A stretch of 64,000 nt of DNA from Nymphaea colorata. Lineage: Eukaryota. The notes beneath the pieces are model-generated. The model was not told where the DNA came from and did not search any database. It was given only the letters and a program-made list of their open reading frames with translations. Shown one piece after another: positions 1 through 15,831 of the stretch. Each line of letters opens with the position of its first letter. The first letter of the stretch is position 1. The stretch lies in NCBI RefSeq assembly GCF_008831285.2, contig NC_045138.2, forward strand, positions 37,138,001 to 37,202,000. Reading direction: 5' to 3'. The translations under genes and the position numbers were made by a program.

Positions 1-1604
1 TTTAAGTTTTAACGGCATCATTTTAGAACGTGTAATCGACAAGAAAGAACATGAGAATTTAGGCTTGGCTTGTGTAATTCACCTGATGGATCACCTTAGA
101 GTAAAGTGGATCTCTCTCTCTCTCTCTCCCAACATGGTAGTTGCTTACCCTTAATTTCTGTGACTCCTGCAGTTGCCAGTGACCTACCATGAATACCGGC
201 AAATGAAAAGCAGTTGGGAAATGGCAGTAGCCGGGGACCGTTTTGAGAGACGCTCGATATATTTTTCATGGTGATGACAGTCCCAAGGTTTCCAGCAATG
301 CTATCAGAATTGGTCGCAAAGGAAACATTGTACCTCGGTTGGAAATATGGGGTGCTAATTTATTTTATATTATTTATTAATTTTTTATAAAAATAATTAG
401 AGAATCATCTGACCTGGTCTATGCGTCTTGGCGGTAGCGGATATTTGATAAGAGATTAAAAACGGGGGAAAATTGTTTTGACGCTAGTGGGAAGAAATTT
501 ACGGAGGGTGTAGGTTTTCTAATAACTGTGCCTTGGGATGAACAGAAATGGTGGATGAAAACTTTGATTCAGTTTTACCGTTTTCTTTTCTGTTGGCGTT
601 ATTTCTGTTTCAATTCAGAAGGCAGTTATTATCGTTAAAAGTTTTGTGAAAAAGTACATAAAATCCCAAAACACCCATTTTACACAGGCATGAATTATAA
701 ATAATTTATAAATGTTTTTTGGTGAAAATATTTATAGACCAGCGATTGTTAAATGCTAATAAAAGCCACCTAAATATTTGTAATTATAATAGCTAGATCC
801 ACTCGCACATTCGATTCAGGTTATTGGTTTGGGGAATTTTTTTAACTTGGCTTTTAGCAGTTTGGGTTGTAGTTCGTTTAGTCAATCCCTTTCATAAGCA
901 CTTTAAGATTTCTCATAATCTTTAATACAAAATTAAACTTTTTGTAATCTAGTATTATGATCCACTATCCTTAAACCACACGACCCTAATGCAAGAATGT
1001 GAATTTAGCGTTCGACGAACATTAAAATGCTTTATCATGAAATGATCACTAAAATATCTTTCGAGTAATGAGATCAATAATCATCGATTCCAAATGCTGC
1101 ATTTTATATTTTATCACCTGCTCTAAGTTGTTATTAGTCATGGCGCAACTAAGACTGTGAAATTGCTAAATAAACATTTATTTCTGAGTTTTAACAAACA
1201 TCAGTTTGATTTAACTTAGTGGCATAGCCCAATTGTGCAACAATGACACTTTCAAAAATTTACATGATTACGCCCAAATTTTAATTAATAACAATAATAC
1301 GCTGAAAATTGGAAAGTTTTTTTGTGTAACCTATACATTAAAAAAAGGCATTTAATAGCCAGCTTATAAGTTTTAAATCATGGATGGAAACCACATCCAT
1401 ACATATTAAAAAATAAATGTTCTTAGATTTATTTGTAAAAGATAAGTACACGTGGGAAAAATTTCTGGCAACATTGTAACTGTTGTGTCTTTAAAGGGTT
1501 TTTTTCTGCAAGAAAGATAAAGTGCTAGGGCAAGCTTTTTAACCCAAAAATGGAGGCACCCAAGTGATCAGAGTGACTCTCTCTCTCTCTCTCTCTCTCT
1601 CTGT

Positions 1605-1613
1605 TTAGGGTTT
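1605..1613 (-). promoter_or_regulatory. Telo-box (AAACCCTAA) next to a (CT)n tract in the NAC-alpha leader
   Basis: TTAGGGTTT at 1605-1613 follows (CT)n at ~1577-1602, about 35 nt upstream of the ATG. Telo-boxes are typical of plant translation-machinery genes. Confidence 0.6.
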
Positions 1614-1645
1614 TGCTTCTCTGGGGAAGGAGCAGAAGCGGCGCC

Positions 1646-4426
<2,781 letters not shown>

Positions 4427-6858
4427 GTAAACAGTCCAGTTTTTGTAGTTGAATTTGATACCTTGTTGTATGATGTTCACTTTGTTTTTCCCTCCGAGTT
4501 TCAGAACAATTGCTTTCCCATTTTATATGACTTTTTAGAGGCTGCTTGGTTCTTATCTGCGTTTATCTTCTATTCGGACGTGTGTCATAGCTTCATGCAG
4601 ATCTTGTTCGTCCTCATTTGATGCTTGGGATTTCATTTCTACTTTTCAAGCCTCAAGAATCCTTGATTCTGTTAGCAAATAGACGAGATATTAGTTTGTC
4701 ATTAGATGATGTGATTAGTACGACTCTTCCGTCCTTTGGTGGTGTGGTGTACTAATTCATGATGTAAGCTTTCCAAGTTTCCTCTTGAGAATGCAGTTAA
4801 CCTTACCGAAATGTGTGCTTGCTTTCAGTAATCAAAACAAGCATAGCCAGCAGCACCATGGTCCTGTAACACTTGACTATTCCAAAGGTTGCATAGAGAG
4901 TTGTATGTACTATATAGTTTGAGGAATGGCTTCGTGCATTCAACCTGGAGGTTCACGTTTCAAGTTATGCATGGCTTGGCTGTTGTCAAGAATCTAGAGA
5001 TACTTCCGTGATGAGAAATTCTACTTCAGATGTTATGTTTTTCGCAAGATGTTATGTTTTTCGCAAGCTTTTTAATGATTTACGTACATTTTTTAGCATT
5101 TACCGACATGCTGTTTTTTAAGCTCTTTATGCAACAGAAATTACGGGTGATTATCATAAAAGTCGAAATTTTTTTAAATTATCTGAAAACATTTTAAATG
5201 ACCCTCTCCCAAAATAAACTTATTATTAACAAAAGAATTGTTTTTCTTGATTTTGGGCTTCATATGATCCACAATCGTCTTTCAGATAATGCTTCTCCAT
5301 TTTCCAATGAAGATGTTGGGAGGTAGGCTCCCCACCATTTATTGAGAAGGAATCATATGTACATGATAAAAAAAAAGATGTACAAAGTGACAAGGATGCC
5401 AAGCAAGTAAAACAAAAACCAGGCAAAAACAGCTTCTACCAAAGAAACAAAATTGAGCATATACGATGATCAACTAAATTGAGCATAAAATTGAGCATAT
5501 ATATGATGATCAACTAGTAGAGTATCTGTCAAAAGAGTCAGAGCAATCCCTTACCATGTTGAAAGGAATTGTATCATCTTTGAGCCTTCAGCTGTGTTCA
5601 GATAAAAACCTTCATTTCTCAGGCCAATTCCTTCTACCTCCATTTTCACCTTCCGTTTTTATAATGGACGGTTTCACATTGTAAGCGTCAATGACCTAAT
5701 TTAGGAAAAGGTAAGGTAAGGTTGCTCCTAGATCGGTTTTGTAGTATTCAGTCTAGTTTGCAGCAAGAACTGCTTTTGCAGATGACAAAATCTGTTGTTA
5801 AGACGGATGGATGAATTGTTCGGAGGCACAAACTTGTACGTCTATAAAATCTGGCAGACGAAAAAAATATTATTTGAACACCACTTGTCACACGAGTCTG
5901 GGAGGGACTGCACGAGCCCTGACCTGCTTCATTGATCAGGCTTGAAGCGGAGCCTGCTCTCTCTCGCTCTCTCAAAGTAACCCAAAAAGAAAAGAGGAGC
6001 GATCAAAGTTAGCGGTAGAACGTTTCAGCAGTCGCAGAAATGTTACGTGCAGCTAGGAGAAAAACGCCGTTCATTTGTTTTAACTGGAAATCTTTTCGCA
6101 ATTTACCAATTGATGTAAGTGACGTATGTTTTACTAAAAGAAGACGCCACATAATGCTACATGTTTGCTCCACTCCAAGGTGTTTTTCTGGGTTTTCACA
6201 AATCCAATTAATTTAAATTGATTTTATAGGTTAAGAACGTAACTTCAAGGAAAAGATCATGAATTTTTCATGCCTATATAAAATCATATAGGTTTAATCA
6301 ACAAAGGTCTTAACTTGTCAATTTCTAAAATGCAACAGCAAAATTTGATTTCTGTTTGTTCCTCACATTTCCCAACATTTCAGGTCCACTCATGCGATTA
6401 AACTGTACGAAAACCGAAAAGTAGAGAGGACATCACATTTAGAAATATCTGCGTGCGCGCGCAAAAACACATATATACAGAGCAGATGGTTAAAAACAGA
6501 ACACCCATAGTGTGTGTGTGCCTGTATATATATACACTACAGGATGAATCCATAACAAGGTATTACTCCAGTCAATGCAAATGCGAGACCCGGTAGCCAA
6601 TTCATGCTAGAAGAGGGTAAGCACTGAACAAATACACGTAGTACATCCACTTGCCTGGGTCTCATCACACTGGTTGAATGCAAAATGACAGCTGCAATAT
6701 TCATCCACAACAATTAGTGTTGAAGAACCACGACAGAGTGCCGAGGAACCCATTATCTACAAAACAGAGAGACGGTATCTAATATAAAAAGTAACAGAGA
6801 AAGGTCCTATACCAGGGTTATAGAATGCTGCATTCTAGGATGAAGATGCAATCACAGA

Positions 6859-7791
6859 TTAATCGAAGAAAGGCCAGCCGCTGTAACCCCTTGGAACGTT
6901 ATGCTCGGGAGCAGCTGAGCTACTTCCTGGGGAGCCATGGCTAGAGTTTGAGCTTCCAGAGCGAAAAGGCCATACAAAGGAAAAGGGGTTACGCCTTCCT
7001 TGATTTTCAGAGTTCATATAGCCGTCCCGTGGGTTTCCATTGCCAAAAGTCGAGTTCCTGTTGCTGCTGCTGCCAATTGAACTGCTGGTAGCCTGTGTTG
7101 GCAGTTGGTGACGACAGACGGGGCAAGAATTGTGTTGGACCAACCAAGGCACGATGCATTCACAGTGGTAGATGTGCTTGCAAGGCATTTCCCGAGCTTC
7201 TGTACCAATCTCAAACTTCTCTTGGCAAACTGGACAGTGGGAGTCAACACGCAGGTGCCTCTGACTGATCTTGATGGTGGGCATAGCTTCGATAGCAGAA
7301 CGCGGTGCTGGGGGAGGGCCTCTCCTGTCACTCATGGTTAATTGTTCAATCAGTTCCTCGAGATCCTGGTCCATAAAATAATCACTAAAATTGGCAGGGA
7401 GGCGCCTGAGTCCAATTCCTGATCCCCCATTGAAGATTACTTGCATCCCACCATTGTTAACCATCTCAGCAGGTATTTGTCCTCTGAATACCACGAAAGG
7501 GCTTGATCCAAGTCCTACAGGCCGACCTTGACCTGGAAATCTTCCTCTTGGATCAGTCTCACGGCTTCTCCCTGACCGTGAACTAAGGAAAGCTGACAAA
7601 GTTTCCATCAGCCGGACACTGGACTGATCGTCATAATCGACACCAAGCAAGTCAAGAATACCATGACTGTTCACTTCCTCAAGCTCCTGAACAAAACCAC
7701 CTCCGCACCTTGAACAGGAAGTGTCCCTTGCAGAGACATTAACCATAGAGTTGCATTGGTAACACCAATGAGTATTTCCAGATCGAGACAT
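6859..7791 (-). CDS. RING-H2 E3 ubiquitin ligase with N-terminal zinc ribbon (RING1/RNF126-like), 310 aa, intronless CDS
   Basis: N-terminal HWCYQC...CSRCGGGFVQE zinc ribbon; GPPPAPRSAIEAMPTIKI; C3H2C3 RING CPVC...CKHIYHCECIVPWLVQHNSCPVC. Probable 5'UTR intron 7838-9320 (donor AAG|GTGCGT, acceptor TTCAG|). Confidence 0.95.
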   Translation of the reverse strand: MSRSGNTHWCYQCNSMVNVSARDTSCSRCGGGFVQELEEVNSHGILDLLGVDYDDQSSVRLMETLSAFLSSRSGRSRETDPRGRFPGQGRPVGLGSSPFVVFRGQIPAEMVNNGGMQVIFNGGSGIGLRRLPANFSDYFMDQDLEELIEQLTMSDRRGPPPAPRSAIEAMPTIKISQRHLRVDSHCPVCQEKFEIGTEAREMPCKHIYHCECIVPWLVQHNSCPVCRHQLPTQATSSSIGSSSNRNSTFGNGNPRDGYMNSENQGRRNPFSFVWPFRSGSSNSSHGSPGSSSAAPEHNVPRGYSGWPFFD

Positions 7792-10700
7792 TGCCTAATC
7801 TCTGAAAGTTATCCTCTTCCCCAATCTTCACAATCTCCTGAATGAAGATCAGACAAACCATAACCACAAAATTGTAACATTTTTTTTTTTGCAAAATATG
7901 TTTTCCCCGCTTTGACTCAACCTACTTACGAGTTATGAGCTACCAAAAGAAAGGCAACTGTAAGAAGAACGAATTAATCTTAGAAAACCTCTAATATGGA
8001 CCTATACACAGTTTCAACATTTCAATTAACAACTTTAGAAAGGGAAATCTCCTAAGCTTTTAATTCTTATAATCATGTTAACAACTCCTTACAACAAACA
8101 GATAATCAGAAAAAAGAAAACTTCATTGAAGACAAATATGCCTCTGAAAGGAAGAAAAGCTTGTCAACCACGAACTCCCCCAAGTTTCTTTTCTTGCAGC
8201 ATGGCCAAAAGCAATCCCGTTGATGTTAGTGCATTTTCTATAGAAATTAAGGTTTAAGATGATGAAAGAACATATAAAAAGAACAACAGTCGAAAAATCT
8301 TGAAAATTATTACAGAGTCTTCATGGTTAGAAAACACATGAAGGACAGAGTCCACACAAAAAATGAGGCCAAAAGGCCAAGGGCCACAATGGCATTTGCT
8401 TCTGTCCAACAGCACAAGGATGAAAACTAATTTTCATCAATTTAAGAAAAGAACAAACACAAGCTCATTGAGACTGTTTGACAACATAATGACAACGCCC
8501 TGACCAAAGTGCAGTCTCCTGTCAAACATCTGATACAGAAAGTATGACTTGAAGTCCTGAAGATGCATGCGGACAAGCAAGAGACTGTAAACACTGCCAA
8601 CTTCACAAAGAAGTTGAATAGAAGAAGCGATAAAGTTCATAAATATCACAAAAATTTACCGGTGAAAACGAATTCCCGTGAGATAACTAGATGAAACTTT
8701 GGTATCGAATTTGGCAAAGTACATTAAGAATTAACCGCAAAAGAAAAAGTACCGGCTTGTATGTTCTGGAGTTCATCATATGGTCATCACGGAGACGACG
8801 ATGATGACCATCACCAAGCCTTAATTCGCCAACGAAAGAAAGACACATAGATTTCAGGAACTTCTTTCAAGTACCTTTCTTTAATTCACTTCAACAAACA
8901 AAACAGACAAAATCTTCCACCACAATCACGAAATTCTATATGCTATTACAGTCAAAATACAATATGGACATAAAATGCCGTTACTCATCACGCAGCGAGA
9001 GACAGATCAAAATTCAAGAACAAATTTCTCGAAGCTAGAGATGAAACCAAAAAAAGTTTCACAAAGCGCCCTCCAGTTCACCATCTGACATCGAAAGCGA
9101 TGAAATTCTACCGAAGTACATACCGGAACATCATCCGACTAACTACTTGAAAAGCACGTAAAAATGCCTAAAACTACGGTTTTCAGGCGATCGGTCATCA
9201 ATAACAAGAACTAAGTCGCAACCGGTATAAGAGACCGCCGAATCCACCAAAATTCTCCGGCCAAACATGCGATACAGAAAGAAGAGCAGGAATTGGGGAA
9301 GAGAAAAGTGAAGAACGCACCTTTGGAAAGGAGAGCTAGAAGCACATCGGAGGTGGAGCTCTCATGGTGAAGGTTCCAGATAGCGGGAGGGAGAAGAAGT
9401 CATGGAAGACAAAAAAAAACACAACAAGGAAAAACAAACGGAGAAATAAATGAGAAAACGAAAAGATAAACGCGGAAGGTTCATTCAAGGGACTCAATTA
9501 TTTCGTCATTGCGAGGATTCCACCGACGAATAAATAAAATATTAAATATAAAAAGACCTCATTGCCCACCTCGTTACGATTCAATCCGGGTTCGCCAAAC
9601 GTCCAGAACTCATGAAATCTGGATCCACATGGGAAAGTTGAAAGTCGGACCCGGCTCGCGGTTCTATATGACTTAACAAGATCCCCCGAAAATCCAGCAA
9701 CGCGCAAGTATTTGGATCAGAACCAGACCCAAATCCAAAGAAATTGTGCCAAAATCCATATCTTTACGGTTTCGGATCGGATCGGATCATACCAGATCGG
9801 TACTAAAATTGGGATCCAGGAGCCCTCATTGGACATTTCCTTTAGGTGGAAAAAGTCTTTGACTGAGGTCACTCACTGCTGTGAATTCTACAAAAATAAC
9901 GTGAGGAAAATGCGTCTAGAAAGCAAAATAAAGGAACTTAAAGCCAATTAATCGTACTTCACCGGAGTCCTTTTTCTAGACGCGTTAACAAGACAAACTG
10001 GCTTGAATCGACGAAGCAGATGGTGTTTGACCATTCGAGACGAGTCTAAGACACACCAGTGGGGAAAATAACGTTAAAAATACGTGTAATTAAAGGTCGC
10101 AACGCGAATACATATATAACGCGATATGACGATACATGAACTAATTTCGCGTTTTATTTGTGCAGTGAGAAGCAACGTAAAGCAACACGCGTTTGGTAAC
10201 CAACCCGCCAACCCTCGGCGCCACAGAATCAAATTACTAATTGAGATAATTATTTACAGTTCAGCATATTTCAAATTTAGTGTAATACAGTGTCTAAATG
10301 CAATTTAATATTTTTAAATTCGTTAAAAATTTGGCTATCAGGATCCATTTAATCGACGCTGCATATTTAAAACAAGGATTTTTTAATAAAATAGACTGTT
10401 TGTCTAACTAATTTAAATATTAACAGACACTTTAAGTGATTTGAATGGAGTTGATTGTGTGCTTATATTATTGGTACACTTGAAGAGATTAATGCAAACT
10501 AATGAACTTAAATATATATGGGCTTGGATCTTATATAAATTATGATTTTGATGAAGCAGGATTGTCTTAAGATCAAATCCAATTTTAGCATATTCCAAAG
10601 ACATACCATGAAAGAATTGAATTCCTAAAAACATGTTTAGCACTGGATTTAAACGTTCCTCGGGCCTATCTTGAATCGATATTTTGATGTCTCTGACTCT

Positions 10701-10849
10701 AACCCGAAATTTGTGCTCAGTTCGGGTCGGGTACTAACCCTGTAAAGAAACTCGACCCGTTATCTCCAATTTAAAAACCAACCAACCTGCGCCAAAATTT
10801 CCGAAGTTTTCCCACCGGCGTGGCTTTTCTTCGATCATTTTCTGCCTTC

Positions 10850-10884
<35 letters not shown>

Positions 10885-10896
10885 GTGGGGCTGCTG

Positions 10897-13444
10897 ATGA
10901 GGAAGTTCTTGAGGGTTTTGAAGGACAATGCCTCGGAAGGGATCAGCAAGGCCCTCGGTGATGCTGAACTCCTGCGGGCCGTCCAATCTGAGCTCAGGCA
11001 CGAGATGTCGAAGGATCATTTCAAGGTATGTTTCAGAACCCTACTAAATGAGGGACGTCGATCGGTTCTTCTCCTGTGACTTGCTTGGGATTCGAAAGGA
11101 AAATCCGCTCCATTTTTTTTGCTTCCATGAAGCCCGAGCCCCTGAGTTTCGTTTTCCCGAATTAGGGTTCCATTGTCTAGAAATGGGAGGAGTCGACTGT
11201 CTGATCGTTATTGGTTGGATTTGTTGTTCAAATAGTGAAATGTTGGCGCAATTTTCGTAGTTTTCGATGCGGAGGTGCTTGATCGCGTCGGCCGATGAGT
11301 CTGCTTATGGCCTTCCCTCGGTCCTTTGTTAACTAGCCAGCAATCCGCTTGTCTGAAGCCTTAATTATAATAAAGTCGTGTTGAGCGGACTTTTGTGAAT
11401 CCCGAACTACACTAGGAATTATATCGTTTCTACTGACGCTTGTTCACTTCTTTCATTGAGTGATGATGTGGAGCGTGTTCTTCGCAACATGTGATGTGTT
11501 CATTGATAGGAACTTCAACCTGCTGTTTCGCTACCCGTAGCTAATTGACGGTATATGATTTGCCTTGTTCTTTGGGCCCATATATTAGGTAGCAATCTTA
11601 GTAAAAAAATGTCGATGTTCTAACCTGGGACTGGATGACTTATTTAAGTGCACCAGTGGATCTCTGCTTCTACTAACCTCAATAATCTACAATTCTTTTG
11701 GATTACTTTTCAACAGAGTCGTCCAACCGGTTCGTTGGGACATTTTGTTGTGGAGAGGGACAGCCCCCAGACGCAAGATGTAATTCTGAGGGGGAAATAT
11801 GGTGCTGAGGACATTGCGCTGTCTGCTTTACTGGGTCCACTATGCAACTATGAAGAAGGTTGTCTGTTTCCGGGGCATGTTCTGATGAAACTGTGCGTCG
11901 CAAAGCCTGGTTCAAGTGCTGTTTTGCAGTTTGATTGCAGAGTTTCCGGTGAGAACGAGTCCAACTTTTCTATTCAAAAAGCTCTGTATCACGAAGATTT
12001 CAATTCTTTGAGCAGTTGTAAGTACAGAGGCCCTCAGTATAAGTAAGTTTCTCTCTCTCGGATGGTTCGAATTTTGAAATTTACAAAAGTGAAATGTGCA
12101 GCCTCTGGATTACTTGTTTACTTACCCTTCTGGTGGATGCTTTAAGAAGCATCTTTGTCTTGACATCTTTTTAGTAAGCATATTCTGCGACTTTGGACGC
12201 GAAAAAACTGCTTATGCAGTCTTTGTCATATCGAAGGAGTTGCCATCCAGTTCTTCATTTTACAGGATTATAAACTATGGGACCACGGATGCCTATGTAT
12301 CATGATGAAAAGAGTGGAGAATGGGGCATTCTTTAATGATATGAATTAGAGAATTGATCAGGATCTGTTAGGGACATAAATAGCTCCGATTGTAGAATTT
12401 GATCGTACTCTGGTATCTTATGCATTTAGTAGATGCTATATTTTTTAGTTTCCTGGTAGAAACTTGGTCCTGTTGTCCATGTAGGATGTAGAAAAATTAG
12501 GTGGCTGAACTGTACATGTAGAGAAAATAAGATGTGAGACTGCAAAATGCTGCCATATTCATGTCAATGCTGAGCAAGAAGAGGCCCACTCGATACTTAC
12601 GAGTTTGACGAAAAAACTTCCGAAGTCCCTGAAAACATCTGGTACCACGCTTTACGTCATGTCCTTGGTAAGTTCATGTTCTGAAATCTTAAGCATCACT
12701 TTGGATGGTCTTGAAGTTGTTCTGAGGAAAACTAAAGATGATGAATGGGTTGGCCTTGTTGATAAGTGGTTGCCCTTGCTTAACTGTCATGAACTTGGCT
12801 CATGATGCGTACATATTCTTGTGCACATCCATGTGTCTTGTTTCTAAATGTATATGTGGCTGGGTTGATTACGTACAACAATTACATCTTTATACTGTGT
12901 ATCTCTTGTCTTAACGTTAAGAGGGTAATATGCCATGTTCGATTGGGTCATCCCTTGAAGTGGCTTAAACAGTTACTGGTCTACTTGTTGGTTCGTCCTT
13001 CCACTTCTATCCTGAATTAGGATGTTCATGTTCTGCCTGGTGCATTCTTCTTCTCCTTTGGTAGATGTATAATATGTTTTAGCATTACTAGGTAAGCTTC
13101 ATGCTTTCTTTTCTTTCATTTTTATTTTCAGCATGTTGCTTCTACCAAACCTTGAAGAAATTTTCCTATTTGTCATTCGGGACACGTAAGATAGGTGGCC
13201 TGACATGATTTGAACTTGGAAGTTAGTAGTTTAACAATTTGCGCTGATCAACTATTTTTCATGCCGTTGCAGCTCATTAGATCCTGAATTGCAGAAAGGG
13301 TTGAGAAGATTCTTGTGGGTTCGGGGAGTTGATACGCAGCTGTCCAATTTTCTTCTGGTTCACTTGCATAAGAAGGAGCAAAGTCAATATGTGAAATGGC
13401 TGCAAAAGTTGGAGTCTATGATAGCGCGGAATTTAGAAAGATAG
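10897..13444 (+). CDS. Mitochondrial glycoprotein (MAM33/p32 family), 3 exons, ~208 aa
   Basis: Exons 10897-11025, 11717-12042, 13273-13444, phase-consistent. DAELLRAVQSELRHE, LQFDC, YRGPQYNSLDPELQKGLRRFLWVRGVDTQLSNFLLVHLHKKEQSQYVKWL match the MAM33 signature; basic N-terminus compatible with a mitochondrial presequence. Confidence 0.9.
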
Positions 13445-13812
13445 AATGCCTGGAGGGTTCATTTCTGGCTTGCGTTGTTTCACGGCCATCCTTCATTGCC
13501 ATCTCTAGGCCATGCTTAAATCTTTGACTTTGGAGAGATCAGCTTCCGGTGACGTCCCTGATTTTTTCCCAAATTTCCATCAGTTTCCTATGAACAGTAA
13601 AGCTTGGAAGGATCTGAAGAACCTGGATGCGGGTATTTGTGCATTCCTAAGATGGCCTATTTAGTTGTTTGTCAGTTTTTTCTCAAAGGAATATCAACAG
13701 AGGAGCTGCTCGTATGCCAAAAGCTCAAAAGCATGGGCTTGGTTGTAGCAGAATCATATGTACCTTCATTGTAATACCTTTTTGTACCAAAACTGGGAAC
13801 ATGAAAGAAATC

Positions 13813-13989
13813 TGAGGTCTGAAAACGAATACTTTGAAATTGATGATGCTAACTAAATAACAAGCAGCGCCATGGATGGGACCATTCAGGATTTGACAAT
13901 TCCTGGAACATGTTGCTCGAACGCGTAAGCTGGGACAAGGTGCAATGAGGTCTGAAAACGAATACTTTTAAATTGATCATGCTAACTAA
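13813..13989. repeat. ~44 bp direct repeat downstream of the MAM33-family gene
   Basis: tgaggtctgaaaacgaatactttgaaattgatgatgctaactaa (~13813) vs tgaggtctgaaaacgaatacttttaaattgatcatgctaactaa (~13946). Confidence 0.85.
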
Positions 13990-15831
13990 GGTAGCGGTTG
14001 ATTGCATACCCTGATTTGGAGGGAAAATTTCACAAGGGAAAGGTTTCCTTTGTAAAGGGTGGCTGAGGGGAATTTTCATATTGTCCTAAAATGATGTGTG
14101 TTTGATAAACTGGTAAAAGTTTGAATGGAAATTGTTTTGGTGTCTGATGTTAATTTGTAATTTGTTTTACAATAATCACACAATTTTTATTAACTTTTAA
14201 ATAAAATAAAAATTTTAAAAATAATCTCAACTTTATTCACCAATGTACAAATCCATCCAACAACATTTAACGTCCAACAAATTTGAAATCCCATTTCTTT
14301 TATATTGATTTTTGTGAAATATTGATGCTTACTTTATAAACAGTGCCACATTCAAACTTTCTTTATTGCAGGATTTCAAAGTAATCCTTGAAAAAGAAGA
14401 TTGTATGTGGAAACGGTTTTAACCACTTAAAAGAGAGAGGTTTACCCTCATAGCTACTTGTGTACTATATTTTTTAAAATTTGTAATTATTTGAAGTTAT
14501 TAAAATCTAAAAAGTGAATTCAAACTAGGCCCATTCATCTCCATTAGATGCGGTGGTTCGGATAAAATAGAGCGTAAGGTCCAATTAGGACGGACTCCAA
14601 AGCCCAAGCTTGAAAGGAGGCCCGACCCGACCGTTGAGTTTGGACTCAGAACAGAACTTTTACTCCCAGCATTATTTCCTGATTCCCTCTCCGGTCGCAT
14701 TTTTCATCAGAAAAAACGGGAAGAGTGAGGTTGGCCTGAGTGCGTTCTCCGATGGTCGATGGCGTCGGCACCTACGGCAGAAGGCGAGGAGCGGTGGAAC
14801 AGAGAGATCGTGCCTCGGGTCTTCGTCTAGTGTGCGGCAGTCTCGCCAAGCAATTTGTTGTCTCCTGCTCATCAAGCCTTGGTGGTATTACCTATTGGTC
14901 CTCTCTCACCGTTGTACCAGACATTTGACAGTGGAAACGGCTGTTGCTCAAGCGAAAGGCAAAAAATGGCTCCTGCTCAAGCGGATGCAAGGGCATTGGA
15001 GGAGCAACTGCTGCCCTTAATGTTTCACAAGCCGAAGATACTCGACACTCTTTTAACACTCACAGCCAAGTAAAATTTAACCAGAATGACTATTTTACCA
15101 GGTAAAATAGTCATTTGGAGGAGGGGAACTACAGTATTTCAGTAAGTAATCAAGTTGACTTGGAACACTTAAGCTGGGACCATACAAATAACTTACCCGA
15201 GTTTTAAACGGCAAACTTTTTTTTTGAAATATAATAAATGAGTTCGAATAAAAATTTTAAATAAAAGAAAAATAAAATAAATGAGAAACTAATAACACAA
15301 ACATAAATTTTCAATAAATAAAAAATTGAAAAAAACTGTTTTGCATTAAACAACGGAAAAAAATGAAAAAAACCGTGTTTTTTTAATTTTAAACAACTAT
15401 TTAATTTATCACATTTTTTTCAAAAAAAAAAAAATGTTTTCTGCGACTATAATAAAAAGAATGTGCCTTTTTGTGACTATACATATTTGTTCCTCCCGTA
15501 AGGCCAGCTGATACCTTACACAATATTGCTACTATTTTATTCAAAATTTAGCATAGTCAGTTTTTATTGCGTAGTCAGATTTCTTGAACCAATGACTATT
15601 TTTAGCCAAAACGTGCTACCAAATAATTTAGTATAAATACCATGTTTTTAAGAGGAGATTATTGCGTAGTCAGTTTTAACCATGCTATTTTTAGCCAAAA
15701 CATGCACATGGCGTTACATTCAGAAGAAAATATTTAAAATATATATATAACTTTATAAGTTGGCATATTGTAGTTTCTCCGCACGCTCAGCCATTCTTAT
15801 AATATTGATGAAAAGGGACACCGCAAAATGA

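Noticed and set aside
11460..11520. GTGATGA C-box in MAM33-family intron 1 (snoRNA candidate)
   Set aside because: No suitably placed CTGA D-box or terminal stem.
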